From: an uncultured delta proteobacterium
GTDB taxonomy: Bacteria > Desulfobacterota > Binatia > UBA9968
Direction: 5' to 3'
Assembly (NCBI GenBank): GCA_963847445.1
Contig: CAWJZV010000026.1
Location: 90,753 to 154,752, forward strand
Length of the DNA stretch: 64,000 nucleotides
Below, in pieces: positions 31,504 to 41,410 of this stretch; within the stretch, counting starts at the first letter, position 1, and each line of letters begins with the position of its first letter. The notes below the pieces were generated by a model. It saw only the letters and a program-made list of their open reading frames with translations. It did no database searches and had not been told where the DNA came from. Position numbers and translations under genes: made by a program.

Positions 31504-31700
31504 AACATAACGAACGGCTGGCGTATAAACCGACGCCCACGGCGAGTGTCGCGACGTCGATGCTCTATCTGCTGTCGCGCTCCAGCCCTCAAGTCGCCGG
31601 CGCCACCCCGGAAGGCTTCATCGAAACCCGCTTCGTTAACGAACCGGAAAGGGCCGGCTTTCTTCGAAGAGATGAGCCGACAGTATGGCAAGTGAGTTAA
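31500..31700 (+). pseudogene. C-terminal remnant of an SsuA/NMT1-type SBP
   Basis: KPTPT...PQVAGATPEGFIETRFVNEPERAGF resembles the C-termini of intact SBPs in this window (e.g. KPYPS...AKDFIDPSLLEELDRSGY). Confidence 0.55.
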
Positions 31701-31702
31701 AC

Positions 31703-31809
31703 AGGGCGGCTTTAAAACCCGCTCCGACAAATCCAATTCCTTTTTGCGAACTTTGCGTTCTTTGCGGCTAAATCTTTTATCTTCTTCGGTTGCGGCGGTG
31801 CCGCGCTAG
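31703..31809. repeat. Composite REP-like element, copy 2
   Basis: agggcggctttaaaacccgctcc ... tttgcgttctttgcggc ... ggttgcggcggtgccgcgctag. Confidence 0.65.
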
Positions 31810-31820
31810 GCCCCATGTGG

Positions 31821-33302
31821 TTAAGCGTCTTTTCTCTTCCTCTTGAATATCGGCCAAATCAAAAACGCTACCGTCAGTCCAATCAGCACGGCGCAGATCG
31901 GCCGCGTCAGAAAAATGTAAAAACTGCCGCGCGAGATTAACAGCGTCTGGCGCAGAGATGTCTCCATGATCGGCCCGAGCACCATGGCGAGGATGAACGG
32001 CGCGCCTTCGAAGCCGACGCGGCGGAGGACGAAGCCGGCGACGCCAAAGGCGAGCATGATGACGATCTCGGCGACGTTGGCGTTGAGGCTATAAACGCCG
32101 ATCAAGCAGAAAAGTAATATTAACGGGAAGAGAATCGCGTAGGGGGTTTTTAACAACCGCACCCAGATGCCGATCAGCGGTAGGTTGAGAATCAGCAGCA
32201 TGGCGTTGCCGACGTACATGCTGGCGATGAAACCCCAAAACAGTTCGGGATATTTGGCGATGAACAGCGGGCCGGGCTGGATGCCGTGGATCATTAGCGC
32301 GCCCATGAACAGCGCCATGATCGCGCTGGTGGGGATGCCGAGCGACAGCAGTGGAATGAACGATGCGGCGGTGGCGGCGTTGTTCGCCGCTTCCGGACCG
32401 GCCACGCCTTCGATGACGCCAGTGCCGAACTTTTCCGGATAGCGCGACAAGCGTTTTTCCATGGCATAGGAAACGAACGACGCGATCACCGGACCGGGCC
32501 CCGGGAGAATGCCGAGAAAAAACCCGAGCGCCGAGCCGCGGGCGATCGGCGCCGCGCTATCGCGCCAATCTTGGCGATTGGGCAGCAATCCTTGTATCTT
32601 GGTTTCATAGACCGACTGCTTGCCCAGGACGACCAAATTTTCCAACACTTCGGCGATGCCGAACAATCCCATCGCCACCGGTACCAGGCCAAAGCCATCG
32701 CGCAGCGTCAGCGTACCGTAGGTAAAACGCTCCTCGCCGGAGATCGGGTCCATGCCGACGGTGCCGGCGAGCAGGCCCAGCGTCGCCATGATCAGCGCTT
32801 TGAGCATCGAACCCTGGGACAAATAGGCGACTAAGGTCAGTCCGGTGAGGGTCAAAGCAAAATATTCCGGCGGGCCGAAGCTGAGTGCCGCTCTGCCGAG
32901 CAGCGGCGCGAGAAACATCAGGCCGACCACGCCGACGGTGCCGGCGATGAACGAGCCAAAGGCGGAAATGCCTAACGCCGCGCCGGCACGCCCCTGGCGC
33001 GCCATCTTATAACCATCGAGACAGGTTACCACCGACGCGGTCTCACCGGGAATGTTGACCAGGATCGAGGTCGTCGAACCGCCATACATGGCGCCGTAAT
33101 AAATTCCCGCGAGCATGATGATCGCGCTGGCGGGCTCCATCTTGAAGGTAATCGACAGCAAAAAAGCCACCGCGCCCACCGGCCCAAGTCCCGGCAAGAC
33201 CCCAACCAAAGTACCGACCAAAGCGCCGAGGAAGCAGAACAGCAAGTTCATCGGCGTCAAAGCCACCGACAAACCGAGGGCGAAGTTGTGCAGCAATTCC
33301 AC
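31821..33302 (-). CDS. tctA: Tripartite tricarboxylate transporter large membrane subunit TctA
   Basis: GVLPGLG, YYGAMYGGSTTSILVNIPGE, GPEAANNA, LSLGIP. Confidence 0.95.
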   Translation of the reverse strand: MELLHNFALGLSVALTPMNLLFCFLGALVGTLVGVLPGLGPVGAVAFLLSITFKMEPASAIIMLAGIYYGAMYGGSTTSILVNIPGETASVVTCLDGYKMARQGRAGAALGISAFGSFIAGTVGVVGLMFLAPLLGRAALSFGPPEYFALTLTGLTLVAYLSQGSMLKALIMATLGLLAGTVGMDPISGEERFTYGTLTLRDGFGLVPVAMGLFGIAEVLENLVVLGKQSVYETKIQGLLPNRQDWRDSAAPIARGSALGFFLGILPGPGPVIASFVSYAMEKRLSRYPEKFGTGVIEGVAGPEAANNAATAASFIPLLSLGIPTSAIMALFMGALMIHGIQPGPLFIAKYPELFWGFIASMYVGNAMLLILNLPLIGIWVRLLKTPYAILFPLILLFCLIGVYSLNANVAEIVIMLAFGVAGFVLRRVGFEGAPFILAMVLGPIMETSLRQTLLISRGSFYIFLTRPICAVLIGLTVAFLIWPIFKRKRKDA

Positions 33303-33303
33303 G

Positions 33304-33760
33304 CTAGATTCCTAAAATTCCGCCGGGCAGCGGCACGCCCAGGAGCCAGGCAAATAAGCCGTAAGAAAGGAGCGAAGTGACCAGGGCAACAATCAACACT
33401 TTCGGCCAGCGCGGCGCTTCGATGGCGCGCAGGAGCAACACCATGAGAATAAAAGTCGCGAGCAAGAAGCCCACGCGCTCCAACACCAGGGCGAAGCCAA
33501 GCATGCTCGCCAGGATTACACAGATGCGGAACCAACCTTCGCTGGCGATCTTGCCCGGAGCGATTGCGCTTTCGCGCTGTCGCAATGCCCGCAGCAGCTC
33601 GATCAGTGTGAGCAGCACCAAAAGGAAGCCGAGGACTCGTGGGTAAAAGCCAGTCTGGGGCACGCGGAATGCTGCCGATACGAAGCTTGGTCGACTCAAA
33701 CAAGACATAGGCGGCCAGAACGGCGAGCGCCGCCGCGGCGGTGATCTCGAATCGTTTCAT
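33304..33760 (-). CDS. tctB: Tripartite tricarboxylate transporter small subunit TctB, frameshift near 33670
   Basis: MKRFEITAAAAL start; PQTGFYP, LERVGFLLAT, LGVPLPGG. Confidence 0.85.
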
Positions 33761-34028
33761 CCTGCATTCTGCAGCTGCCCACCAGCAAAGCGCCAGCGAG
33801 GTGCAAACCTGGAGTTGTGAAGACACCCGGAAGTGCAATTACATCGTCTAATTCGCATTGGCCAAGCCGCTGCGTTGGATTCGCAGCGATTTCGCGCAGC
33901 ACCAACGATCGCCAGCCACTTAGAGGCAGGCATCATGGTCTTCACGACGGCAGGAGAGCACCTCGCTGGCAGCCTCAATTTCAACGGCGGAATCCGGGAT
34001 CCTGCTAAGTGCATCGACTCGAAACAAA

Positions 34029-34989
34029 CTATTGGGAAATTTTCGCGGCGCGCGCCACTTCGCCCCACTTGCGCTCTTCTTCAGCGAGGAACTTGGCGAA
34101 CTCGGCGGGGCCGAGGTTTTCGATCAAAGCTTGGGCTTTTTCGATGTTGGCGCTGGCTTCGGGGTCTTTCAAGCTATCGCTAATCGCCGCGGCGAGTCGC
34201 TTAACCGCCGCCGGCGGCGTCTTGGCCGGCGCGAAGAAGCCCACCCAAACTTTTAGATTGAGTTCCGGATGGCCCTTCTCGACGGTGGTGGGGATGTTGG
34301 GAAAGTCTTTGAGGCGGCGATTGGACGCCACCGCCAGCGCGCGCAGCGTGCCGGCTTCGACATGGCTGCGCGTCGTGCCCAAGGTGAGAAAGCCGACGTT
34401 CACATGACCGCCCAATACCGCGGTGGCCGCCGCCGACTCGGAACCGAGCGGCACATGGGTCATGTCGATGCCGGTCTTGAGCTTCACCAGTTCGCCAATG
34501 AAATGCGGCGTCGTGCCCGGACCGGCTGAACCGTAGGTGAGTTGTCCGGGGTTTTTCTTAGCATCGGCCGATGAACTCTTCGAAACTCTTCCACGGCGCG
34601 TCGGCTTTGACCACCGTCGTGTTCGGGCTGCTGGTGGCCAGCGCCAGCGGCGTAAAGTCTTTCAAGGTAAAGCCGGAATTCTTGTTGACGATCGGGATCA
34701 GCGCGATTGGCGGCGGCGTGACCAGGATCGTGTAGCCATCCGGCGCCGCATCCTTCGCAGCTTGAATGCCCACCGCGCCACCACCGCCGGCTTTATTGAC
34801 GATCACCACCTGCTGCCCCAACGCCGCCGACATCTTCGGCGCGAGAATACGCGCGACGATATCGGTCACCGCGCCGGGAGGAAATGGATTGATGATCTGA
34901 ATCGTCTTGGTCGGGTACTGCGCCTGTGCCGCCGGCACAGCGAACATAACCGCCGCTAAGGCGATCATTTTCAATTCAAGCTTTATCAC
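34029..34989 (-). CDS. tctC: Tripartite tricarboxylate transporter substrate-binding protein TctC (Bug), frameshift near 34560
   Basis: YPTKTIQIINPFPPGAVTDIVAR, NKAGGGG, APDGYT, HVP...GGHV, FAPAKTP. Confidence 0.9.
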
Positions 34990-35152
34990 GATGCCTCTCC
35001 TTGGTAGACCTTTGTTTGCTTGCTTGCTTCTGAGCCGCATTCCCTGCTAACAGAATCGCCGGGGAAGTGTCAATCTTCGTCGTGGCAAATGTCTTGGCAA
35101 ACCTTGACAGTATCGGTGGGGTTGCCTAGAACCGACCAGAGGTTAATCGCAT

Positions 35153-35647
35153 ATGGGAACCATCGCTGGAGCGCAGAATATCTTAGCCGGCCTCAAAGGC
35201 GCGGGCATCGATCTGGTCGCGAGCGTGCCGGACATCAACATGCTCCAACTGCTCAATCTGCTCTACGAAGATAAAGAGATCGCCCATGTGCCGGTGGGAC
35301 GCGAGGAAGAAGGCATCGGTGTCTGCACCGGCGCCCATCTCGCCGGCAAATTTCCCGCCATGCTGATGCAGAACGGCGGCCTGCTCAACAGCGCCAACGG
35401 ACTGACCACGACCGCGCTGCAGTTCGGCATTCCGGTTGTCCTGTTGATCTACTACGCCGGCGATATCGGCGACAACGCTTTCCACATGGTCGGTTTGGTC
35501 ACCGAACCCGTGCTCCAGGGACTCGGCATCAAATATATTGTCATGCGCGACCCGGCCAAAGTGAAGCAGGAGATCGCCGGGGCGGTCACCTTGGCGAATT
35601 CTTCCAAACGGCCGGTGGCGCTATTGCTAACCCGCGCCGTGCTGTAA
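35153..35647 (+). CDS. comD: Sulfopyruvate decarboxylase alpha subunit-like (TPP enzyme, Pyr domain)
   Basis: VASVPD, REEEGIGVCTGAHLAG, LMQNGGLLN. Confidence 0.75.
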   Translation: MGTIAGAQNILAGLKGAGIDLVASVPDINMLQLLNLLYEDKEIAHVPVGREEEGIGVCTGAHLAGKFPAMLMQNGGLLNSANGLTTTALQFGIPVVLLIYYAGDIGDNAFHMVGLVTEPVLQGLGIKYIVMRDPAKVKQEIAGAVTLANSSKRPVALLLTRAVL

Positions 35648-35659
35648 GCGAGGTCCACC

Positions 35660-36274
35660 ATGAAACGCTTTGAATGCCTGCAAGCGATCGCGCCGTTGAT
35701 TAGCAACGAACTGTTCGTCACCACCGCCGGCGGCGCCACCAACGAATGGAACGCCGTGCGCCCGAGCGACGGCAATATCCAAGTCAAAACCTTGGGACTT
35801 TGCTCTTCCATCGGCCTCGGTCTCGCCATCGGCTTACCCAAACGCAAAGTCTTCGTCTTCGACGGCGACGGTGCCTTGTGGATGAACTTGGGCTCGCTGG
35901 CGACCATCGGCCTGCACCAGCCGAAAAATCTGATTCACATCTGCTGGGACAACAAACAGTATGAGTCGTCGGGTGGCGAACCGACAGCGGCCAGCGCCGG
36001 CAACGTCGATTTCGCCGGCATCGCGCGCAGCGCCGGTATCAAAAGTTCACGCGCCGTGAATACCGTTGAAGAATTAACAGACGCGGTGAGTCACGCTCTC
36101 AAAAACGCCGGCCCGCATTTCATCGCCGCCAATATCGAAGCCGGCCGCACCGAATCACCGCCGCTCAAGTACGACGAGCTGGAAAACAAGTACCACTTTA
36201 TCCGCTACGTCGAAGACACCGAAGGCGTGACTATCCTGCGTCTGCCGCAGTCGGCGAGTTATTTGCTGAAATAA
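35660..36274 (+). CDS. comE: Sulfopyruvate decarboxylase beta subunit-like (TPP enzyme, PP domain)
   Basis: SSIGLGLA, DGDGALWMNLGSLATIG...DN TPP-binding motif. Confidence 0.75.
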   Translation: MKRFECLQAIAPLISNELFVTTAGGATNEWNAVRPSDGNIQVKTLGLCSSIGLGLAIGLPKRKVFVFDGDGALWMNLGSLATIGLHQPKNLIHICWDNKQYESSGGEPTAASAGNVDFAGIARSAGIKSSRAVNTVEELTDAVSHALKNAGPHFIAANIEAGRTESPPLKYDELENKYHFIRYVEDTEGVTILRLPQSASYLLK

Positions 36275-36434
36275 TTATCTTATATCGAAAGCGCGCACCG
36301 GCTTAAGGAGGAATTTGACAAGAGCGGCTGCACCGACAGCCTGTACGACCGGAAAAAGTAGCGCTCGGCAGTAATCTGCAATGAGTGATTGATGAGTGAA
36401 TCGCCAGCATTCCCCTCAGGACTCAACGCTGCCG

Positions 36435-39400
36435 CTAATCCTTGAGCCGAATGCCAACCTTGGACAGCCGATGTTTCCACACACCGCGCCGCTCAATGCC
36501 TTGCCAGACTTCAATTTCATGGCGCGCCAACTGGGTCTTCTTATCTTTCAACTCGGTCATGAGATTTTGAATCAGGTTGTCGCGCGCCTTCAACAGCTCC
36601 TCGCGTTCACTGAGTAAGGTATCTAAACCGCCGGCATCGCCATTCGCAGCATAATCTTCGTCGTCGGTTGGAATCACCGCCGGCAATTGCGGCCCACTGG
36701 CACGCGCTTCTTCGAGCAGCCTTTCGGTCCTGAGCTTTGCCGCCTCGGTTTCGTGCAGTTTCTCATGCAGAGAAGCAATTTGCTCTCGCAACGTTGCCAT
36801 CTCGGCGCCGCCGCTTTCGACCAGCTTATCTTTTTCCGCGAGCTGGCGGCCCAGGTACTCGAGCTTGCTCGTTAAGCGTTCCTCGACGTCGTCGACGGAG
36901 GACTCCTTGGCCTCTAATAGGGCGGTCTTTTCTCTGAGCTCCTCTTGCAGCGCACGGTCGCTGCGCTCCTTTTCAGAAGCCAAGGAGCTAAATCGTTCTG
37001 ACATCTCACGCACCTTGTTCAACAGCGCGTCGATTTCGCCTTCGCGGGTCGTCATTAGGTTTTGTTGTTCGCTCAACCTGTCTTCGAGCGCTTGGATCTG
37101 GCCTTTGAGCTGGATTTCAACTTTCTTAAGAGCAGCGTCCTTGGTTTGGAGCGCTTGATTGCGCAGGCGCAGTTCTTGGTCGAGCTGGCGCACCGACTCT
37201 TCTTTGGTATTGCTCAATAGGTCGACTTGCCCGGTCAGTTCTCTTAGCTTCGAACGCAGAACCTCGGCTTCGCTGGCGCGAGCGTCAACTAGAGCCTGCT
37301 TCTCGGCCAATTGCGTTTGGAGAGCGTGCAAGCGATCCTCGTTGCGTTTTTCCAGAGCAGCAAGCGCCGCCTCGCGGGCGCGCAGGAGATCTTCTTTTTC
37401 TTTGGCGTCGGCTTGAAACAAGCGGGCCGATTGCTCGTTGGCGGCAGCCAATTCCAGCAATTGCCGCTGCACCGTTTCGAGCTCCCGCTCGCGATCTTTG
37501 AGAGTCTTGGCTTTCTCGCCGAGTTGGCCTTCCAGCGCCGTTTGTTTTGCCAGTAGCGCGGATTGAAGCTCTTGCACCGCGCTATCCTTGGAGCTGAGCA
37601 GCGCGGTTTTTTCCTGGAAGGCCGCGTCGAGCATTTTCTCGGCCTGCTGTTTGGCCGCGGCCCACTCGCTGGCCTGCTGCTGCGCGGCGATGAGCTCGGC
37701 GCGCAGCGCGCTGACCTCGGCGTCGCGGCTGCCGACGAGCTTTTGGCGTTCCGCCAGTTGCTGCTCAAGAGCGCTAATTTTCGCACTAAAGTTAGCCTCC
37801 AGTTCGCGTAGTGCCGAATCGCTGGCGCTGAGAAAGGCTTTTTCTTTGCGGAGCTTTTCTTGCAGCAAGCTGGCCGCGCGCTCTTTCGCCGAGCCGACTT
37901 TGCTGAGCTGTTCCGCCATGGAGGCGAGTTGAGTCTGCAGGGCTTCAATCTCGGCGCCACGGGTTTGCAGCAGACCATCACGTTCGGTGACCTGCTGCTG
38001 CAAATGCGCCAATTCTCCAGTGTAGCGGCCTTCTAACTCCTTGTTGCCCGACTCGCGAGCCTGACGCAGCTCTTTCTCCTTGCGCAATTCGTCCTTGAGC
38101 GTCTGTTCCAAATTGGCGCTCGCCGCGATATTTTCGTCGAATTTTTGCTTGAGCCCTTGCACCGTCAACGTCAAGGACTGAATTTCGCCGTCGCGAACGG
38201 TTAAGAACTGCTCCTTCTCGCGTAATTGCTGTTCCAGTTGGCGCAGGGATTTATCGTAGCGTTCCTCCAAGCCACGGAGCGCGAATGCGCTTTCGTCGGT
38301 GACCTGCCGGCCCTTGCTGCGCTCGGCGTCGAGCTCGGTTTCGGCCTGCTCTCTTGCCGCCTTGGCGTCATCGAACCTGGCTCGAAGCGCGTGGACTTCC
38401 GACGTGAGCGCGTTGATCTCGCCATCGCGCACCTGGACCAGCAGGTCCCGTTCCTCGAGGTGATTTTGCAGACCACGGATGTTGGTGCGCAGACGGAATT
38501 CCAGTTCTTTGAGCGCGCTGTCCCGCGCGCTGCGTTCCTTGTCAAGTTCCGCACGCGTTGACTCTAGCAGGGCTTCAGACTGCGCTTTTGCCTCACTCGA
38601 TTCGGTCAACTTTCTATGCAGGGTAGCGAGCTCACTTTCATGGCTCTTGAGCAGCTTCTCCCGTTCGCCGGCCTGATGCTCGAGGCTGCGAATGGATTCT
38701 TGGAGGCGCTTCTCGACGTTACGGTTAGCCTCATTGCTCGCTTCGAGGACCGCTTTTTTGTTCTGAAGCTCTTTTTGCAGCAGTTCTTCGGCGCGCTGGC
38801 GCGCCGCGCCCAACGCTTTGACCTGTGTATCGAGTTCGCTCACCTCGCTGTGGGCGATCTGCAATTCCGCGTCGCGCCGACTGAGTAGCTCGTCCTTGGT
38901 GTGCAGCTGGCTTTCCCACAGTCGCGCTTTTGCGCTCAGCTGTTGGCGCAGCTCTTTGGCTTCCGCATCCTTGGCTTGCAGCGCTTCGGCGGTTCGCACC
39001 AGTTCGGCCTGCAGTACTTGATCGCCGGCGTTGACGATGATCGGCTTGGCTGCGCCACCGCTAGATTTGAGCGAGCGCAACTCATCGTCGCGCGCTTTGA
39101 GCGCCCGCTCTTTTTCCGTCAGCTCGCCGATCATTGCTTCGATACGTCCGATACTGTCTTCAAGATCGCGGGTCACGCTATCTTTGGCTTGGCGCGCAGT
39201 CTTGCCCTTCCACACTTCTTCCTGAAGCAGGTGTTCAGCTTCTGTTTTCGCCGCTCCCAATGCTTGCAGTCGCTCCTTGAGCGCCAGGATTTGGCCATCG
39301 CGGAACATCTTCAGAACGACGGTCATGACGCACTCCGAAGCCAGGCCGAGGATGCCGTAAAACAACGCGCTGGTCGAATTACTGGACTCGGAACTGCCGA

Positions 39401-39566
39401 ATAAAAAGACCATCGGGGAAGAGAGGAACTCGCGCAGATTCCGTGAAAAAAGCCAGCGAGTATAATTCGCTTCGACTTCGTTACTCTGCAACATGTAGAC
39501 AATTACGCTGCCAAGTATCAAGGCGACAACAACAACGGCGACAAAGAACTTTTCCCGAGTCCGCAT
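36435..39566 (-). CDS. 1043-aa membrane-anchored coiled-coil protein with 78/71-aa super-repeats
   Basis: N-terminal hydrophobic segments, then an E/K/Q/L/A/R-rich helical rod with periodic [KR]xxLLxxRDxEIxxL; no Walker motifs. Confidence 0.85.
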   Translation of the reverse strand: MRTREKFFVAVVVVALILGSVIVYMLQSNEVEANYTRWLFSRNLREFLSSPMVFLFGSSESSNSTSALFYGILGLASECVMTVVLKMFRDGQILALKERLQALGAAKTEAEHLLQEEVWKGKTARQAKDSVTRDLEDSIGRIEAMIGELTEKERALKARDDELRSLKSSGGAAKPIIVNAGDQVLQAELVRTAEALQAKDAEAKELRQQLSAKARLWESQLHTKDELLSRRDAELQIAHSEVSELDTQVKALGAARQRAEELLQKELQNKKAVLEASNEANRNVEKRLQESIRSLEHQAGEREKLLKSHESELATLHRKLTESSEAKAQSEALLESTRAELDKERSARDSALKELEFRLRTNIRGLQNHLEERDLLVQVRDGEINALTSEVHALRARFDDAKAAREQAETELDAERSKGRQVTDESAFALRGLEERYDKSLRQLEQQLREKEQFLTVRDGEIQSLTLTVQGLKQKFDENIAASANLEQTLKDELRKEKELRQARESGNKELEGRYTGELAHLQQQVTERDGLLQTRGAEIEALQTQLASMAEQLSKVGSAKERAASLLQEKLRKEKAFLSASDSALRELEANFSAKISALEQQLAERQKLVGSRDAEVSALRAELIAAQQQASEWAAAKQQAEKMLDAAFQEKTALLSSKDSAVQELQSALLAKQTALEGQLGEKAKTLKDRERELETVQRQLLELAAANEQSARLFQADAKEKEDLLRAREAALAALEKRNEDRLHALQTQLAEKQALVDARASEAEVLRSKLRELTGQVDLLSNTKEESVRQLDQELRLRNQALQTKDAALKKVEIQLKGQIQALEDRLSEQQNLMTTREGEIDALLNKVREMSERFSSLASEKERSDRALQEELREKTALLEAKESSVDDVEERLTSKLEYLGRQLAEKDKLVESGGAEMATLREQIASLHEKLHETEAAKLRTERLLEEARASGPQLPAVIPTDDEDYAANGDAGGLDTLLSEREELLKARDNLIQNLMTELKDKKTQLARHEIEVWQGIERRGVWKHRLSKVGIRLKD

Positions 39567-39866
39567 AGCTTCCTACAATCGTTTATTTGGCAGAGTTTAA
39601 CGTTTCCAGATTCGAATATTGTAACGTCTGGGCAGGGGATTGCCAAAGGAAATTCCGCTGAGATTACCGTCTAGTTTAGCGGCTGGAATGAAACGATGGA
39701 AATCTTACCAAAACTACCGGGCTGTACTGGCGGTCGCGCCGTGGCCGACAGCGACGCTGCCAACCCTGGCGTTGGCAACGTTAACTCTACAAGGAATCTG
39801 ACCGACCGATCGAACTGGGGGGCTTTGGCTAGCAGTGGTTGGAAATGACAACTATTGGACACGGTT

Positions 39867-40936
39867 TTACAGCGACGGAACTTTGACGATGGTGGAGCCG
39901 TCGATGCTCGCGATGGTCGGCCGTCCGCACTTCGCCATGGTGATCTCGATTTCTTCACGGAGCAAATTGAGCACGCGGACAACGCCCTGCTCGCCACCGA
40001 CGGCGAGTCCCAGAACAGCGGCCGGCCGATGAACACCGCCTTGGCGCCCAAAGCGATCGCCTTGACGACATCGGCACCGCGCCGAATGCCACCGTCAAGA
40101 AATACTTCGATCTTTCCCTTAGCCGCGGCCACCGCTTCGCTGAGAACTTCCACCGTCGCTAAAGTATTATCGAGATGGCGGCCACCGTGATTGGAAACAA
40201 TCACACCGTCGGCGCCGGCGTCGGCGCAGAGTTCGACATCTTCGCCGGTCATGATTCCCTTGGCCACCACCGGCAAACTGGTCGCCGCTTTGATCCACTG
40301 CAGATCTTTCCAGGTCGCCGCCGGGTCTGAGCCCGCGCCGCTACCCGCCGGGCGCGGCGCATCGGCAGGTTCACCGCTAGTGGGATAGTTGGCGCCACGG
40401 CTGCGTTGATATCGGTTGCGGATATTGCGTTCGCGTTTGGGCGGCCACTGCGAATCGAGAGTCACGATAATCGCCTTGTAGCCGTTGGCCTTGGCGCGGT
40501 CGAGCCAATCTTGAGTCATGGCTTTGTCCCGGAACGGATAGAGCTGCACCCACAACATGCCGTTGGCCGCTTTGGCGAGATCTTCGAAGGAGGTATTAGC
40601 ATTGGCGCTCACCGCCATCGCCGTGCCGCAGGATGCCGCGGCGCGGTAGGTGGCGAGTTCGCCGTCGGGATGCGCCCGCTTGTGACCGCCGCAGGGTGCG
40701 ATCAATACCGGCAACGCGACCTTGCAGCCCAGCACCGTGGTCGACAAGTCAAGCTTACTGACATCGCGCAAGACGCGCGGGCGAAACGCCCAAGAGGCAT
40801 AGGCCCGCCGGTTGCGGTCAACGCTAATCTCATCGGTGGCGCCGCCGGCGATGTAGTCGTACTCGGCTTTCGGCAGCAGCTCCTTGGCGGCATCTTCGAA
40901 CTCAAAAAGATTGATCGGTTGCGCGGTGTCTGCCAT
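39867..40936 (-). CDS. FMN-dependent alpha-hydroxy-acid oxidase/dehydrogenase, frameshift near 40008
   Basis: YDYIAGGA, RPRVL, VAKGI, VSNHGGRHLD, DGGIRRGADVVKAIALGA; C-terminus GLAVGGEQGV...KVPSL* in another frame. Confidence 0.9.
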
Positions 40937-40970
40937 GAAAACTCCTGATCGCTCGATCGAGCGATATTTG

Positions 40971-41222
40971 TTACTGCTTCGCCTTCAACTGCTGGTCGTT
41001 GGCCTTGAGAAACTCGCGAATCTCATCGGCGTAGTCGAGCAACCTCGTCCACTGCTCTTTGTAGAGCGTCACGGGAAATCGTCCCAACCCGTAAATCGAC
41101 AGCCCGCCCTTTTCGCTGACCTTCAAGCGCAGTTCTCCGGGTTTGCGCTCGACCTGTTGTTTCAATGCCTGATTCTCCGCTTCGAGCCGCGCCAGTTTCG
41201 CTTCGATGGATTCTTCCGCCAT
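40971..41222 (-). CDS. Small conserved hypothetical protein (coiled-coil N-terminus + KVSEKGGLSIYGLGRFPVTLY motif)
   Basis: 83 aa; strong GGAGG RBS; protein-like composition. Confidence 0.8.
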   Translation of the reverse strand: MAEESIEAKLARLEAENQALKQQVERKPGELRLKVSEKGGLSIYGLGRFPVTLYKEQWTRLLDYADEIREFLKANDQQLKAKQ

Positions 41223-41410
41223 ATGTCCTCCAGATGCATTTCGTCTGCCAATAACGTCCTGCGACCCTTTTATCGCAAAGCTGGCGACAACGCGAGGGCG
41301 GAGGAAACAACCCGCTTGAACCCGGTCCTCAAGTCGGATTATAAGAAGTGACAATGCATGGCTGACAACGATCTATTTAAATTTCAAAACTTTTTAGGAG
41401 GAACTTTAGG

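Noticed and set aside
33761-34028. Small gene or IS remnant between tctC and tctB
   Set aside because: No convincing ORF, terminal repeats or family motif could be identified.
35153-36274. A complete coenzyme M biosynthesis pathway
   Set aside because: No comA/comB/comC or xcb-type genes in the window; comDE-like genes alone are insufficient.
36435-39566. SMC/SbcC annotation for the long coiled-coil protein
   Set aside because: No Walker A/B, signature motif or hinge; it has N-terminal hydrophobic segments instead.
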